Source: the human T2T-CHM13v2.0 reference genome, Homo sapiens
Assembly (NCBI RefSeq): GCF_009914755.1
Contig: NC_060928.1
Reading direction: 5' to 3' (one strand)
DNA length: 64,000 nucleotides
Shown here: positions 1 through 21,992 of the stretch, in pieces
Numbering within the stretch: position 1 is the first letter of the stretch
Layout of the letters: each line of letters starts with the position of its first letter
The notes under the pieces: generated by a model
Seen by the model: only the letters and a program-made list of their open reading frames with translations
Databases searched by the model: none
Told to the model about the DNA's origin: nothing
Translations under genes and position numbers: made by a program

Positions 1-815
1 TAAGTTTAAGCCCCCTTTTAGCTCTCAGGTGATCTAAGGCAAGCACTGAAGGATGGGTAAAATTTGGTAGGCTGAAATGGGAGAGAAAATGCATTATATT
101 TGGAAATAATAAAGATTAGAGATGAATTGTGTTCAAGATTAGAGAAGAGAAAACTAGAAATTTAGGAGGCCATGATAATAGCCTACATAATAGATAATGA
201 TGACCCAAACCAGGGTTGTTACCATTTATAAAGAAGATAAATTCAAATAACGATGGGATGCTAGGCAATGAAAACAGAATATATGAAATAAAGGAGATGG
301 ACTAGACAAAGGTAACTCCATGACTTTGAGCTGGGTGACTGGAGGTACCATTACTACAAGTAGAGAAGTCAAGAATGGAATATGATTTGGCTGAAAAGAT
401 TTGAAGTTTTGACATTTTTAAGGTGGTAATAAGATGGTTAATTGGAGATAGATAGCAATAAGAAATATGGTAACAGAGACCTTAAGAAAGTTTTGGACCT
501 TTGGTAAAAGGTTGGGAAATCAGTCGTTCGCAAATATTATGCAGATAATTAACGGTAATTATTGAAGTTGTGAGAAAAGATGTTTGCCTCTTCAGGGAGT
601 ATACAAAGAGGATTAGGGCTAGAACCTCAAGGAACACTCAAATATTGGATTTGGAAAAATAAGGAAACATGGAGTTATTTGACAGGTAAGTGTAGAGTGA
701 GGATAGCACAAAGAGAATAAAATAAGCATTCTAAAGTGCTGCAGAGGGGTCAAGGAGAATGAGAACTATAAAAATAACTTTTGATTTGGCAACCATGAGT
801 TCACTGGTGTCTAAA

Positions 816-970
816 ACAGCAGTTCGCAAACCTGGTTGCTCGGGAGAAGCACCACTCCAAGATAGTCTGAGCAAATCAGGGGAAAGTTCCCAAATCTGCA
901 TTTTGACAAGTTATTACAGGTGATTTGATACAGGTGGTACTTTGTCCACACTTTGAAAAATACCACCCTG
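816..970. mobile_element. MER5-like hAT-Charlie MITE
   Basis: cagcagttcgcaaac...aatctgcattttgacaag...caggtgatttgat...ccacactttgaaaaatacc. Confidence 0.6.
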
Positions 971-1142
971 CAGAATAATAATAAAAAGTAGTATCAGAAT
1001 TGAGATTGGCCATCATTAAGGAATGAATGGAAGATGAGAAGTTGTAGGCAATGTCTGCATTCTATTCTTCCTAGCAGTTTGGTGATGAGAATAATATGGT
1101 TAGGATGTTTTAAATGTTTGTTTAAAGATTACGGAGATTTCT

Positions 1143-1462
<320 letters not shown>

Positions 1463-2146
1463 TTATAGTGGAGCCACCTAATGTGATTTTTACAACTTGT
1501 TTTGGGTCCTAATGGATGTTAGCCAGGTCAGAGAATTGACCCAGCTGTAATTGGGTCAGCTGTGATTATAGAGAATCTAGGCTGATATGAATATATTACT
1601 GAAATGGCTGAAGCCAAAATGAGGGAAATAAGAGTAAAGAGAAGAATTGAGTGGAAGTAAAGCAGTTTCATTGAGTAATGGGCAGATTATGTTCAGGGTA
1701 TTTTCAGTGTGAGTTCATAGAAATTTAACCCTGGCCTGTATTTTTTCATGCTCCCCTCCACCTTATCCCCAACTGAACTCAATTATTAGCAGAAATAGTA
1801 CAGTAGTTAAAATAGACATGAATGATGGCTTATGAATGGAGACTTAATAGTGGGTTGTTTTAGCCTTTGAGAGGTGTGTATGGGCCCTGAGACAGCTAGA
1901 GCCCTGGACAGTTAACTCTGGCCTCAGGCAGCCTGTTATTTACTCCACTGTGCAATGCCATTTTCTTATCTGTGCCATGGCATAAGTAAGTATGGTTAGA
2001 AAGTACTGCTCTAAACTTTTAAATGACAAATATGATTGTCTTGATCATGTATTGAGGTAGTGCCTATAAAAGATAGAACAGACATTTAGTTATATCTGTT
2101 TTAGAAACAATGTTTTAAACAGAAGGTATTTTTAGATATATATATG

Positions 2147-2378
2147 CAGTCATCCCCCAGTATAACAGTGGTATTGTTTGGTTCCAGCACACCCTCCCAC
2201 TTCTGCATATACCAGAATCCACACAATCTCAAATCCTGCAGTCAGCCCTGTAGAACCCACATAAATTGGCTCTCTCTATAGGTAGGTTTTGCATCCCCAA
2301 AATACTGTGTTTTTCATTTGTATTTGGTTGGAAAAACGTGTGTGTTAAGTGGACCAGCTCAGTTCAAACCCATGTTGT
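2147..2378 (+). mobile_element. MER8 (TcMar-Tigger MITE)
   Basis: cagtcatccccc...tggttccag...ctgcagtcagccctgtagaaccc...aagtggaccagctcagttcaaacccatgttg resembles MER8. Confidence 0.75.
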
Positions 2379-3902
2379 ATTTTATTTTGCACATGAAGTG
2401 AAGTGATATGACAGAATTATTCCAAGGGGCATTAGATGGAACTTGTGAAAAATAACGAGTATAATATGTACATAAGATATGTACAAATACTTTGAAAATA
2501 TTGATGATCCCCATCAGTCAACCTTAATGTGACCATCTTCACGCTTTAAAACAATAATGAAAGAACACTGTGACTTCCAAATGCAACTTTGTCTTTGAGA
2601 ATGAGCTGAAATTGATGGTTCCTAGATAAAGGTAATTGTTCTTTGATGTGAGAAAGAAGAAAGAATATTGTTAAGTAAAACAGGAAGCATGCGAATTTCC
2701 TTTTCAGAACCTTTTGATCCTCATAGCATCCTATAAATTAAAGTACAACTTACTATTCTGTTACTTCTTGTGTTACAATAGATGTCAGAAATATTTAGTT
2801 TTATTTAGCTTAATGGTTATACTGTTAAGGAGCATCCTGGTTACCAAAACGTTACTAGTTCCTGGAAATAATATACATGTTTCTAGTGTTAAAATTTCTG
2901 CTGAGCCTGAGTTACCTTTCTCTATGGTGTTCTAAGTCTGGATTACTTTCTATTTTCATGGAAACTGTAATTTTCATTTGTTAAATGATGGTAGAAATGA
3001 AAAGGTGTGCTACTCAGTGGTTGGTGTTGCTATTTAAAATTTTTAAATGAATGATTTCCTGAGAATTAAGTTTTATTTTTTCTACATGCGTTAATATACT
3101 TGTCAGAGTCTTGCTTTACACTTTGACTGTAATGTAAAGGGAATTCATTATTGTAGAAACATTCTAATATGTAACTTGTTTGGACAGATGACTTTATAAA
3201 TTTTTAAGCTATATCTTCGGGTACTTGTTCAAAATGTTAATTCTTTGTAAGTTTTTTTCATCAACTGTTGCATTGTTTCATTAGTAGAAAGATATTTTAG
3301 AGTACAGTTTGGTAGTACGTCAAGTCAGACTGAATATTTTAGCCCTGAAACTGTCAAAGTTTACTAGAATTTGAGAACTGAAAAAATTTGATGGCATCTG
3401 CAGTGTTCTGCACAATAGGAAATTCTATGATTTTTTTTTTTTTGGACTCTACACAAGTAATCTATTTACTACTTCCCACTTCTTTAACAATACTATGTTC
3501 TTCAACCAATTTAAATCTGTGTTTCTTGAATATATCATGTATTTCTTGCTGTATTCTCTTTACTTATGTTCTCCCCTTAGCTTAGCAAGACCAAACATTT
3601 CCACTTCATCTTTATCCAAATTCTGTCCTTTCTAGGGCAGCTGAAATAGAATTTCTCCATGAAATTGTCTTTGAAATCTCCTGCTCTTAAATGTTTCTTC
3701 TGCCTCTGAACTCTCATATACTATGTCATGCTATGCTATACTCTCTTATCACATTCATTTTTGCATGTCTTAGCACTGTTAACAAAATTGTAAATTTATT
3801 TACTTATTTATTGCCTCCTAGGCAATGACTTTCCTATAAAAGTTAGTTAATATTTACTTATTGAAAACATTAAAACTTTTTATTTTCAAGAGTGAAAGTA
3901 CA

Positions 3903-4205
3903 AGCCAGGTGTGGTGGCTCACGCCTGTAATCCTAGCATTTTGAGAGGCCAAGGTGGAAGAATCCCTTGAGCTCAAGAGTTCGGGACTAACCTAGGCAAC
4001 ATGGTGTGACCACAACTCTACCAAAAAATATTTTTTAGTTACCTGGACTTGGTGGTGCGTGCTTGTAGTCTCAGCTACTCAGTTGGCTGAGGAGAGAGGA
4101 TCACTTGAGCCCAGGAGGTCAAGGCTGCAGTGAACTATGATCTGGCCACTGTACTCCAACCTGGGTGATAGAGTGAGACCCTGTCTCAAAACAAAAAAAA
4201 AAAAA
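3903..4205 (+). mobile_element. AluJ
   Basis: ggatcacttgagcccaggaggtcaaggctgcagtgaactatgat (J-diagnostic), A-tail. Confidence 0.92.
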
Positions 4206-4342
4206 CAGCTATTTTTCATGTCTAGAAACATCTAAATTTACTGGTAGGGTTCTTTAGATATAGTCTCTTACAAACGAGTTGTCTTCTTTGATCATTTACT
4301 GCTAAATTTTTAATGAGTACTCTTTCTGTATAACTGCACTAG

Positions 4343-4677
<335 letters not shown>

Positions 4678-5814
4678 GACTTGTATTTTGCAAATCCAAA
4701 AACTTCCTGGAATATTAAGAATGTATATGATACCAATTTTAATGTGTGCTTTTTTAAGTAAAGGAATTATTCTTCTCTCAGAATTTTAAAAAATGTTTTA
4801 TTCTGAAACAGAGGCTCATAAGAAGTTGCAGAGAGGTCCTGTGTACCCAGCACCCAGCTTCCTTCAATGGTGCTACATAATTATGTTATCAAAACCAATA
4901 AAGTGACATAATACAATATAACTAACAAGACCACAGACCCTACTCAGGTTTCACCAGTTTTTGCATTCATTCCTTTTTTGTGTGTATAGTTTTATGAAAT
5001 ATTTTCTTATATGTAGATTTGAAAAATTACCACCACAAAGTACAGAATTGTTTCATCACCACAGAATAACTCTGTCATGCTGCTCCTTTATAGTCAAATT
5101 CTGTCCCCTAACCTCTGGCAACCACTGATCTGTTGTCTTAATATATTTTTGTTGCTGAGATTCCATATTATATAAATCATATAACCTTTGGAAACTGGCT
5201 TTTTTTTAACTCAGGATAATAATCTGGAGCTCATTCCAAGTTGTATGTATCATAGTTGCCCTTTTTCATTACTGAACAGTATTCTATTATATACATTACC
5301 ACAGTTTGTTTATCCTTTCACCCATGTAGGGACATTTGAGTTGTTTTCAATTTATTCTATTATAAATACAGCTACAATGAATATTCATGCATTTTATATT
5401 GTGGTAAAATATACGTGACATAAAATTTACTATTTTAACCATTTTTTGTACAATTCTGTATTATTAAGTTCACAATGTTGTACTGCACTGTGTTCTCCAT
5501 TTCCAGAAGTTTTTCATCATCCCAAAAAGAAACTTTGTACCCATTGAAAGTAACTCCCCATTCCTTATTTCCCCAGGCCCCTTGGACGTTCCAGTCTATT
5601 GAATGTTTTATGGATTTGCTTGTTCTACATAATTCACTTAAGTGGAATAATATAATATTTGTCCTTTTGTGTGTCTGGCTTATTTTACCTAGCATGACAT
5701 TTTCAAGGTTCATCCATGTTTGTAGCATGTGTCAGAACTTTCATCCTCTTTTAAAGCTGAATAATATTTTATTGTATTGATACACAGCACTTTTGTTGTT
5801 TAAAAGTTCATCTG

Positions 5815-6120
<306 letters not shown>

Positions 6121-7176
6121 TTAGACATTTGGGTTGTTTCTACCCCTTGGCTATTGGCAATCTTGCTGCTATGAACATGAGTGTGCAAGTATCTCTTTAA
6201 GTCTCTCATTTCTTTTGGCAATATACCTAGGAGTAGAATTGCTGAATCATATGGCAATTTTGTTTAACTTTTTGAGGAACTGCCAAACTGATTTCCACAG
6301 TGGCCGCACCATTTTGCATTCCTACAAGTGATGCGCAAGGACTCTAATTTTCCACATGCTCACCAACACTTGTTATTTTTCATTTTTTGACATAACGTTC
6401 AAGAACTTTTAAAAATATGGCCGGTTGACATAGCGGCATTTATTGAAAACACCATCATTTTTCCTCTGGATTGGAGTTGTACATCTGATGTAACCTTATA
6501 TATATAGGTCTTTTTTCCAGTGTCAAGTCTTTATACCAATACTACACTGTCTTAATTACTATGTAGCTTTATAATGTCTTGATATTTGGTAATATAAGCG
6601 TTCCAGTTTGTTTTTCTTCAAGTATATTTGGCTATTTTAGAGTCTTTGTATGGCCATAAAAATGTAAGATTCACTTTGTTGGTTTCATGGTCTCCCCTCT
6701 ACCACTCACACCTATATAAAATCTGAAATTTTGAATGAGATTGCATTCACTCTGTGGATCAGGGAGAATTAAGAAAAGTGAAAATTACAAATCAGGAACA
6801 TGATATAACCATTTATTTAGGTCTTAATTTCAGTAATGTTTTGTAGGGGCATATATTTCATTATATTCTCAGTTATTTGTTTTTTTGTGCTATTACAAAT
6901 GGTACTGTTTTTAAGTATATTTGATAATGGCATGTAAAAATAAATGGACTTTTATGTATATTAACCTTGATAACTGTTAATCTTAACTAAATTCACTTAT
7001 TCTAATAATTTGTAGTTACAGATTTTTTTAGATATCCTGTTCATACAATAATGTCGTCTATGACTAGTGATAATTATTGTACTTCTTCCTTTCCAATCTC
7101 TTTTTTTTCTTACTACAGTCAATAAAACCTACACTTCACCATTGAATAGAAATGGTGATGGACCTTCTTATCTTAG

Positions 7177-7643
<467 letters not shown>

Positions 7644-8211
7644 TGATTCATGTAGGCTATATCATTGTTTTGTTGTTGTTAATATAGTGGGTTACATTTT
7701 TTTAGAAACATATAATCAATCTTGCATTCCTGGATAAATTCCAGTTTGGTCACATATATTATCTTTTACAGATAGCAAATTTTAAATTTACTAATATTTT
7801 AATACTAAAAGTTTTGCATTATGTTTATGAGAGATGCTGACCTATATATACTTGTTCTTTTTTTGTAATGTTAGTTTGGTGTCAAGGTTATGCTGACCTA
7901 ATAGAATGATTTTTGAAGCATCCACTCTTTTTCTGTCCTTTGAAATTGTGTAAGATTGCTAGTAGTCAGTCTTTATTTCTTCAGTGTCTAAACTCCTATT
8001 ATGCCCATATAGTTAATTTTTCATTTCATATAATTTTCACTGCTAGAACTTCTGTTCTGGAACATTGGTTAATTTTTATAGATTTTTTTATACTTTCAAT
8101 TTTTATGGTTTCCCTTTTTCTGTTGGATTCACTATTTGTCCCCTCATTGTGTTCAGATTTTGCTTTAAATCTTGAACATGTTTGTAATAACTAATTCCTT
8201 CATCTTTGTTA

Positions 8212-14340
<6,129 letters not shown>

Positions 14341-14942
14341 TTATCAAGGCAGAAGTCTTGGTCTTTATATTTTGAAGCTATATATTTTGTTCAGCAATAC
14401 ATACCAATTCTAAATTTAATTTAGAATTTAATTTAGCTTTAAATTTAGAATTTTGTAAAACTTAGTTTAATAGTAAAACAAATTAAATTTGGAATTGGTA
14501 TGTACTGTTGAATGAAATTTCTCTTTATCTCTGGTTATATAATTCTTGCTTTAAAGTCTGTTTTTTTCATCGTGTTGTTAATCTGCCTACCTCTGGTTTT
14601 TGGTTTTGGTTTTTGGTTAGTGTTTGCACATTATATTCCCTTTTCCTTTTTCTTTTAATCTTTTTTCCTTTTATTTAAAATATGTTTTTTATAAACAGTG
14701 TATAATTGGGTTTGATTTTTATTTCATCTTACAATCTTTTTTTTAATTGGAGTTTGTAGTTCATTTGTATTTAATGACAATGACATAGAGTTTGGTTTAA
14801 GTCTGCCTTCTTGCTATTTGTTTCTGTCTCATTGTGGGTGTTTTGCTTTTTTCACCTTTATTCCTCTCTTCATTCTTTCTTGCCTTATTTTAGGATTATT
14901 AGTATTATATTACATTTTCTTCTTTATTGCTTTTCATTTATA

Positions 14943-15182
14943 CAGGTTGAACATCCCTAATCCAAAAATTCAAAATGCAAAATGCTCCAAAATCCAAAAC
15001 ATTTTGAGCTCTGACATGATGCTCAAAGATCATGCTCAAAGGAAATACTCATCTGAGCATTTTGGATTTCAGTTTAGGGATGCTTAAGTAGTAAATATAA
15101 TGCAAATATTCAAAAATCCAAAATAATCCAAAATTTAAAACACCTCTGGTCCCAAGATTTCAGATAAGGGATACTCAACATG
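14943..15182 (+). mobile_element. Tigger4a/MER46A-like MITE
   Basis: TA-caggttgaacatccctaatcc...gataagggatactcaacatg-TA: terminal inverted repeats with TA TSD. Confidence 0.8.
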
Positions 15183-16317
15183 TATTATTCTTTTAGAAGT
15201 TACCTTAGATTATAACATGCAGCTTTGACTTATTGCAGTCTATCTTAAATTCATTAGTTTAACACTTCCCAAGTAATGCAAGGATCCTGCAACATTTTAA
15301 TGCCATTTATCACCTTTTGCCCTTATATATTTTGTCAAATATTTTAATTGTGCATATGTTAAAATGCCCCAAGACCTATTGTCTCCTTAACTAGTAACTT
15401 TCTATCTATACTATATGGTACTCTTTTGTTTTGTTTTTGCACACCTGTGCTTCATTTGGATTTTTTTCTCCAGCCTAAAATTATTTAGTTATTTCTTCAG
15501 TACTTCTTATGGTTCCAGTCTGCTTTTGCTCAGCTTTCTTAGCTTTTGTTGGCTGAAGTGTCTGTTTTACCTTTTCTAAGGAATTATGGTGCAGAATTCT
15601 AGTTTGCCAAGTTTTTTTTAATTAAGTATGTCATTCCATTGTTTTCCCAACTTTCATAGATTTTGCTGAAATATTTGCTGACGAATATATTGTTGCTTTG
15701 TGAAGGCAGTGCCTTTTTTCAGTTAGCTGCCTTTTATCTTTACTTTTCAGCAGTTTAATTGTGATTTGCCTGTGTATGGATCTGAGGGTTGTCTGTGAGT
15801 GTGTTTTGCTGTTGTTGTTTTGTGTTTATTCTGCTTGGGTTTTACCAACCTTTAATATGTAGGTAGATGTCTTTTCATTTGGTTATGAAAATTATCAGCC
15901 ATTACATCTTCACCATTCCTTCTTTCCTCTCCTCTTGTTTTTTCTTTTTTTAATGACTCTAATTACCTCTGTGTTACTATGTTCTTTTTTTATATATATA
16001 TCTTTTTTTCTGTTTGGATATTTTTTATTGTCTTATCTGTAGATCATTAATACAGTCTTTTGCTACATCCAGTATGCCGTTAAGCACACCTAGTGATTTC
16101 TTGATTTCACACATGGTATTTTTTTAGTTCTGGAATGTTCCTTTAATTTGTAAAAATATAATTCAATTTTTGGCAAAAATTTATCTTTTCATCTATTGTC
16201 TAGATATGATGCTTTATTTTCTTGAACATATTATATTAGTTAAAGTCTGTATCTTATAACTACACTTGAATCCTATGTTGGAGATGTTTATTGTTTCCCC
16301 TTGCCGCCCAACTTAAT

Positions 16318-16320
<3 letters not shown>

Positions 16321-16375
<55 letters not shown>

Positions 16376-16396
16376 TGTGTGTGTGTGTGTGTGTGT
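16321..16396. repeat. Compound microsatellite (GA)26(GT)12
   Basis: Counted directly. Confidence 0.97.
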
Positions 16397-16399
16397 TAG

Positions 16400-16648
<249 letters not shown>

Positions 16649-17289
16649 TAAGCTGATGCTACATGTGTCTGAAATAGTGTAGAGGCTCTGGATGATGTTA
16701 TTTTTATCTAAATTAGATTAAGCTGTCTTCAGAAGACAAATAGAATCTAGAATATTCATTGGATCTTATTGAAGCTTGTTTTTAGTCTTTGTTAGGGCTG
16801 GTATATTTCAGATTTGTCCTTATTCCAAGACATGTTCACCTAGAGCCTTGGCTTTTTTTTTTTTTTTTTTTTTTTTTCTTAAATCCTGTCATGTTTACTA
16901 GACCCTTTCTCCATGGCAGGGCTTTGGCTCCAACCTGTGTCTTCTCAGCACGATACAGCTTATTTGCCTCCTACCTGCTGTTTTCTGCCATATCTTTTGG
17001 TGGTTGGGAAGTGTCTTATATTCCATAAGCAGCTGATGGATCAGCCAGTGAACTGAGGGGAATTTATATGTAGATACATGGGTTCCTTCCCTGCAGGTCA
17101 TTCCTTTATGGGGTTTTGTCACTTAAATTCCATCTACTTTGACAACCCTCAACTACTCCTGCCTCTTAACTCCTCATAGGACTGCCACTTCATTCCTTCA
17201 TTCTTGGGTTCCATTTTCTTATGTCACAATTTGGAAAATGCCCTCAGGAAAAAGCAATAATGTCTGTTGTGTGCATTCCTTCTTTTGAG

Positions 17290-19310
17290 GACTGAAACCT
17301 GCAAGACCTGCCTGTATTGGTTGCTTTCATCACACAGGGAAACAGCTACTGCACCTAGGCCTGAAGAGAAGTATAGAGGAGTAGGTACTAGAACCTTGAA
17401 AGATAGGTAATAAAAGGCAACTTTGAGGGGAATTTCATCTTTGGTCAAGTGATACAGCTATCCCATGGTGATCTCACATTCACCTCTTACCAGGAATCCC
17501 ATGTGGTCAAACTCAGCTAGAAACCAGAAGGCAAGAAAATACATTAATGTATTCCACACAATTTGACTTAGCAGGCTGAAGATCAGGATGGAAAAGGATA
17601 TAGTGTTGTTTTTGAGGGAAAAGTAGAAGATACACGGTTCACACCTTCATTCCTCAGCATGTGCTCTCTTCCTTCCTTTGGGAAGAAGGTTTGTGTTCCT
17701 AGCAAAGGAGACACATGAAATCCCATCAGTTATTGTATCATTATAGGGTAATGTCAATTCAGCAATACTTTTCCTGAAATCTAAAATGTTAGGTATCACC
17801 AGTGTTCTTCACATAAAGAATAAGAGACGATGTCAAGTCCAACTTGACATAGTAAAGTATAAAAAATGGAGAAAAACAAAACTGCTCAAGTCTGTTCTCT
17901 GCCTCAATAGCTAGTCATGAAAATTGGTTAGTACAGCTGCATTCTTCCACTACCCTTTGCGTGTTCCCCTTTACCCTCTGCCATTACTTTGGTTGGGTGG
18001 CATTATTTACCTGGTGGTATACTCTATATCTCACTTCTGTGAAATCTGAGTCTTTGATGTTCTTGAATTTTAAGGATTGTTACAGTTTTCCATTGACCAA
18101 TACTACTAAGGATAGAAAGCTAAGAGATTCCCCACTGAATTTCCTGAGTTCCAAATATAGTATTACCTATTGTGTAGTCGTTGCCCGGTTCTATAGAAGG
18201 CACTGAGTTTCCCCCTTTTCATCAAAATCAGTCACCCTGCTCAGTACGGTGGTCCTTTACGTGCTTGTTGGTTCAGCTATATGAAGAACCCCTAAATGGC
18301 CAAAAGGTAGTCTCAGCCATTTCATCAGTTCTCTGGTAGAAGTCAAGGCACCTGGTAGAAGAATGCCTCATTGAGCACTAAGACCTTAAAACTGACCAAG
18401 ATAAGATTTAGTGGATGAGATGTGAAAAAAAAATCTTCCAAGTGAGGTATTTAATGAGAAGGGTCCCTTTTACTTCTACTCCTTGGCAATTTTGAAGAGA
18501 GGAACGACTTCTTCAAAGCTGCTGAAGAGGCATTCTGGTTGCCCATGTATGTTTTTAATTGTATGTTGATAACTTTTTTTTTCCTTTGTTCTCTGTCTGG
18601 GGTCATCATCATCAAAAGAATCTAGGTAATAATCATAATTTTTATAACTGTTGTTTCTGTAGCAACTAAGTGCCACAGCCATTTGACCTCACAACATCTT
18701 GCCATCTGTCTGCATTTCATCCCATTCTACCATTGATGATAAGTTCAGTAATTGCGATGCTACTACATCCCGTAGATTTCCCATGTCCTATTATCCTTGC
18801 ATTCCTTGAATATATGAACAACCCAGTCCCAGAATCCTATTTTGAGGGTCTATTTTCTGGGGCTATTTCTGATACAATTACTGTATCTGAGTCCCAGCAG
18901 GAAATAGATGGCATACTCAATCAAAAGGAGGATTTAATAAAAGGACTATTTAAAAAGCTATGGTCAGAGTTCAGGGAAACTGCAAGGGATGGTACAAGTA
19001 CCCTGGAGTTGCTAACAGCAAAAGTACCACCCTCCCTAGGCTTAAAGGGACAAGGGAAGATTACCAGAATCACTCAGAAGGAAAAAGTACCCAGAGTGCC
19101 ACCTTGAGGTAATCTGGGTTCCTTGCTTGAGAGACACAGCCATCCTGGGTCTACTCCACAAGGAGGGAGTCAAGGGAATCTCTTATGTTCCTCATAGTTC
19201 CTACCAGCACTCCCCAGTGGCAGGACCCAATGGAAAGCCAAAGGGCAGGGAAGACCTTTGATATAGGCCATACAGGTGAGCCTCCTCACAGCACTGGGCA
19301 GGGTGTAAGA
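17290..19310. mobile_element. Degraded MLT1 (ERVL-MaLR) LTR and internal fragments
   Basis: LTR-like gtcccagcaggaaatagatggcatactcaa (about 18890) and cccaatggaaagccaaagggcaggg; related block at about 17500-17600; boundaries approximate. Confidence 0.5.
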
Positions 19311-19623
19311 TATTGGAGAATTCATAGCCACACCAAATCTATGAAGAGTTTCAAGAGTGTTTGTGTTTGGCATTTTAAGAAGAAGGAAAATATAATCTGC
19401 TAAGAGATGCCAGAACTAAGGGTCTGATCAGCCCTTGAAAGGACAAAGCAAGGGCTTTTGAGAAGTCTACATCTCTGTTCTACATATTTCTTCAGAGAAA
19501 GAGTGACTTTTGTAAGCATTTTAACCATCCTACAGTTCACACAAGTAACTAAGAAATATTTAAATGCTTACTCTGTGCTGTTTCCAAAATAACAAATATC
19601 CAGGCTTGTTTATATTTATCAAA

Positions 19624-19629
19624 TTTATT
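19624..19629 (-). terminator. IL2 polyadenylation signal AATAAA
   Basis: Plus-strand tttatt; matches the known mRNA end ...AATAAATTTGATAAATATAAA. Confidence 0.9.
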
Positions 19630-19819
19630 AAATAGTTTTACTAACCAATCTACATAGATACTATATTTAACATTCAACATAATAATAAATATTTTGGGAT
19701 AAATAAGTGAAACCATTTTAGAGCCCCTAGGGCTTACAAAAAGAATCATAAAAGATCCATATTTATAGTTTTAAGATTAAGAATAATAGTTACAATAGGT
19801 AGCAAACCATACATTCAAC

Positions 19820-19852
19820 AATAAATATAAAATTTAAATATTTAAATAAATA
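19820..19852 (-). promoter_or_regulatory. IL2 3'UTR AU-rich element cluster
   Basis: Four AUUUA pentamers (plus-strand taaat at 19822, 19835, 19843, 19847) in an almost pure A/U tract. Confidence 0.9.
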
Positions 19853-19890
19853 GAAGGCCTGATATGTTTTAAGTGGGAAGCACTTAATTA

Positions 19891-20001
19891 TCAAGTCAGT
19901 GTTGAGATGATGCTTTGACAAAAGGTAATCCATCTGTTCAGAAATTCTACAATGGTTGCTGTCTCATCAGCATATTCACACATGAATGTTGTTTCAGATC
20001 C
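19891..20001 (-). CDS. IL2: IL2 exon 4 coding part
   Basis: 111 nt, [36 protein letters not shown] then TGA (followed by TAA). Exon total 147+60+144+111=462 nt = 153 aa + stop. Confidence 0.99.
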   Translation of the reverse strand, partial: GSETTFMCEYADETATIVEFLNRWITFCQSIISTLT

Positions 20002-21848
20002 CTATAAAAGAAAAATGTTAATTTTTTAAAGTACAGAGTAGTTTACCTTATATACAGTTATTCCCAATTGAAGTCTTATAGGCCTGTTGCCTTTATTTTC
20101 AAGCTTACCAAACATACTAATTATTCACATTTTCTTGAAATGATCAAAATGAATGCCAAAATTACATATTTTGTTATGATACCAAATGATAGTAACACAG
20201 AAGCTGAGATTTTCCTCATTTGTTAATTCAGTCAATGAACACAAAAATTTTTTCCCTAAATTGGGTGCAAATAAAGATTTAAATAAAAATAGATCTAGAC
20301 AAATATTAAATGCTGGATGTGAAATAAACTTGATCGCTTTTCCTCTGAATGTACACCTATATTTGTGTAAGTTAAATGTATGAATTGATATGCACATTAT
20401 ACTTTCTTCTTTTCTAAATCTTGATTAGAGTCTCCTATTTTTCTACTTAAGTGAATCTCCTTATATTTTCCCCAAAGCAGAACAGAACTACACTAGAGTA
20501 AGCTAGGACATGCTTCTGTTTGGGATAAATTTGTGTGAAGAACATCTTCATAAATACTTACACCTATCCCTACCCCATCATAGTATCAATGCAGGTGAAT
20601 TTGCCAACTTTTAAAAGTTTAAACATTAGAAATTTTGTTCTGTGGACTGGCTTTTTAGAAATTAGGCTTCTCTGCTGAAAGGAGCTATTTAAACGCTTCC
20701 TCTAGTTGATAAGCTAAGGAGGAAATATTTTGATATATAGTGAGATTTAAAAGAGAGCTTTTCAAATTTGAAGTGATTCCTACCCTGGGAACAAAAGCAG
20801 GTGAGATAGAGTGTTCCCTTTAAATAAGTATTCTCTTTTAAAAAACTGTTGCAGTGTTCTGTATCCTCTTAAGCATAATTGTTTAAATATTGTCATATCT
20901 TGGGATTTTTTTATTTTAAAAAGTGTTTGGCTTTTGAAACACAGTTTTCAGATTTTTGCATGGTTTTGTCTTAAATTTGTATCAAGAGTTAAGAATGAGT
21001 TTTCTGATGTTAATTATTTTAGAGTAAAACTCTTGCCATAGATAAGGAACTGAATCTGTCAATGTCTAGATGACATTGATCTCAATGTATTTTTTTAATT
21101 CAACTGAAACAGTCCACTAATAAGTGATTCATTTGGACACAACTGGAGTTACTTTTAGGAATGTCTTTTACTACTATACTTATGCTGCTTATTTAGGATA
21201 CCTATTAACTCATGAATTTTATACCTTAGGAGACGGGATATAAAAAGACAAAAGTGAATCTCTTTTACATCACCTGAGTCCCTTGCATATTTTATGCTTC
21301 CTGTGCATTTAAAAATACTTAAGATTCTGAAAGTGGGGATTGCCTCTAAAAAGATTGTTGTTTGTTTAGTCCACTGGCCATTTTAATGGCTCCAGTTTTT
21401 TTTTTTAAGACAAATCTCTTATGGGTAGTCCTTCCATCAAATGATAAGGAAACACCATTTGAAAAGCCTTTCAGGTAATCAGTATTGGCTATTCCAGTAA
21501 ATGATCTGAAGGAATTGAAAAATATATAATAAAATCTGCCTGCTTTCTGTGAAACTCAACTCAGTACCTTCTCTCACTCCCAGTTTTGTGTTAATATGAA
21601 AGGTGATGGAGTTTGGGATGAGGCTTGTCCATTAGTAGATGGTAGGTGCAAACTCAGTAGCTTATACTCCCCAGTTAATCATTTAACATTAGAAATGATT
21701 CATGTTCACAGTGTACTTAAAATGTAGGCTAATTACATGCATGGGTACTTTACAAATACCAAAAATGTTATGTCACTTTAAAATGTGGTACTTTTCCCCC
21801 TACTTTTTTTTTTTTATTTCCAGGAGAGCAAATAAAGTAATGCCTTAC

Positions 21849-21992
21849 CTTTAGTTCCAGAACTATTACGTTGATATTGCTGATTAAGTCCCTGGGTCTT
21901 AAGTGAAAGTTTTTGCTTTGAGCTAAATTTAGCACTTCCTCCAGAGGTTTGAGTTCTTCTTCTAGACACTGAAGATGTTTCAGTTCTGTGGC
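21849..21992 (-). CDS. IL2: IL2 exon 3
   Basis: 144 nt, [48 protein letters not shown]; AG 21993-21994, GT 21847-21848. Confidence 0.99.

Noticed and set aside
18670-19107. 145-aa plus-strand ORF downstream of IL2
   Set aside because: Non-ATG start, runs through a decayed MLT1 LTR, no recognisable domain
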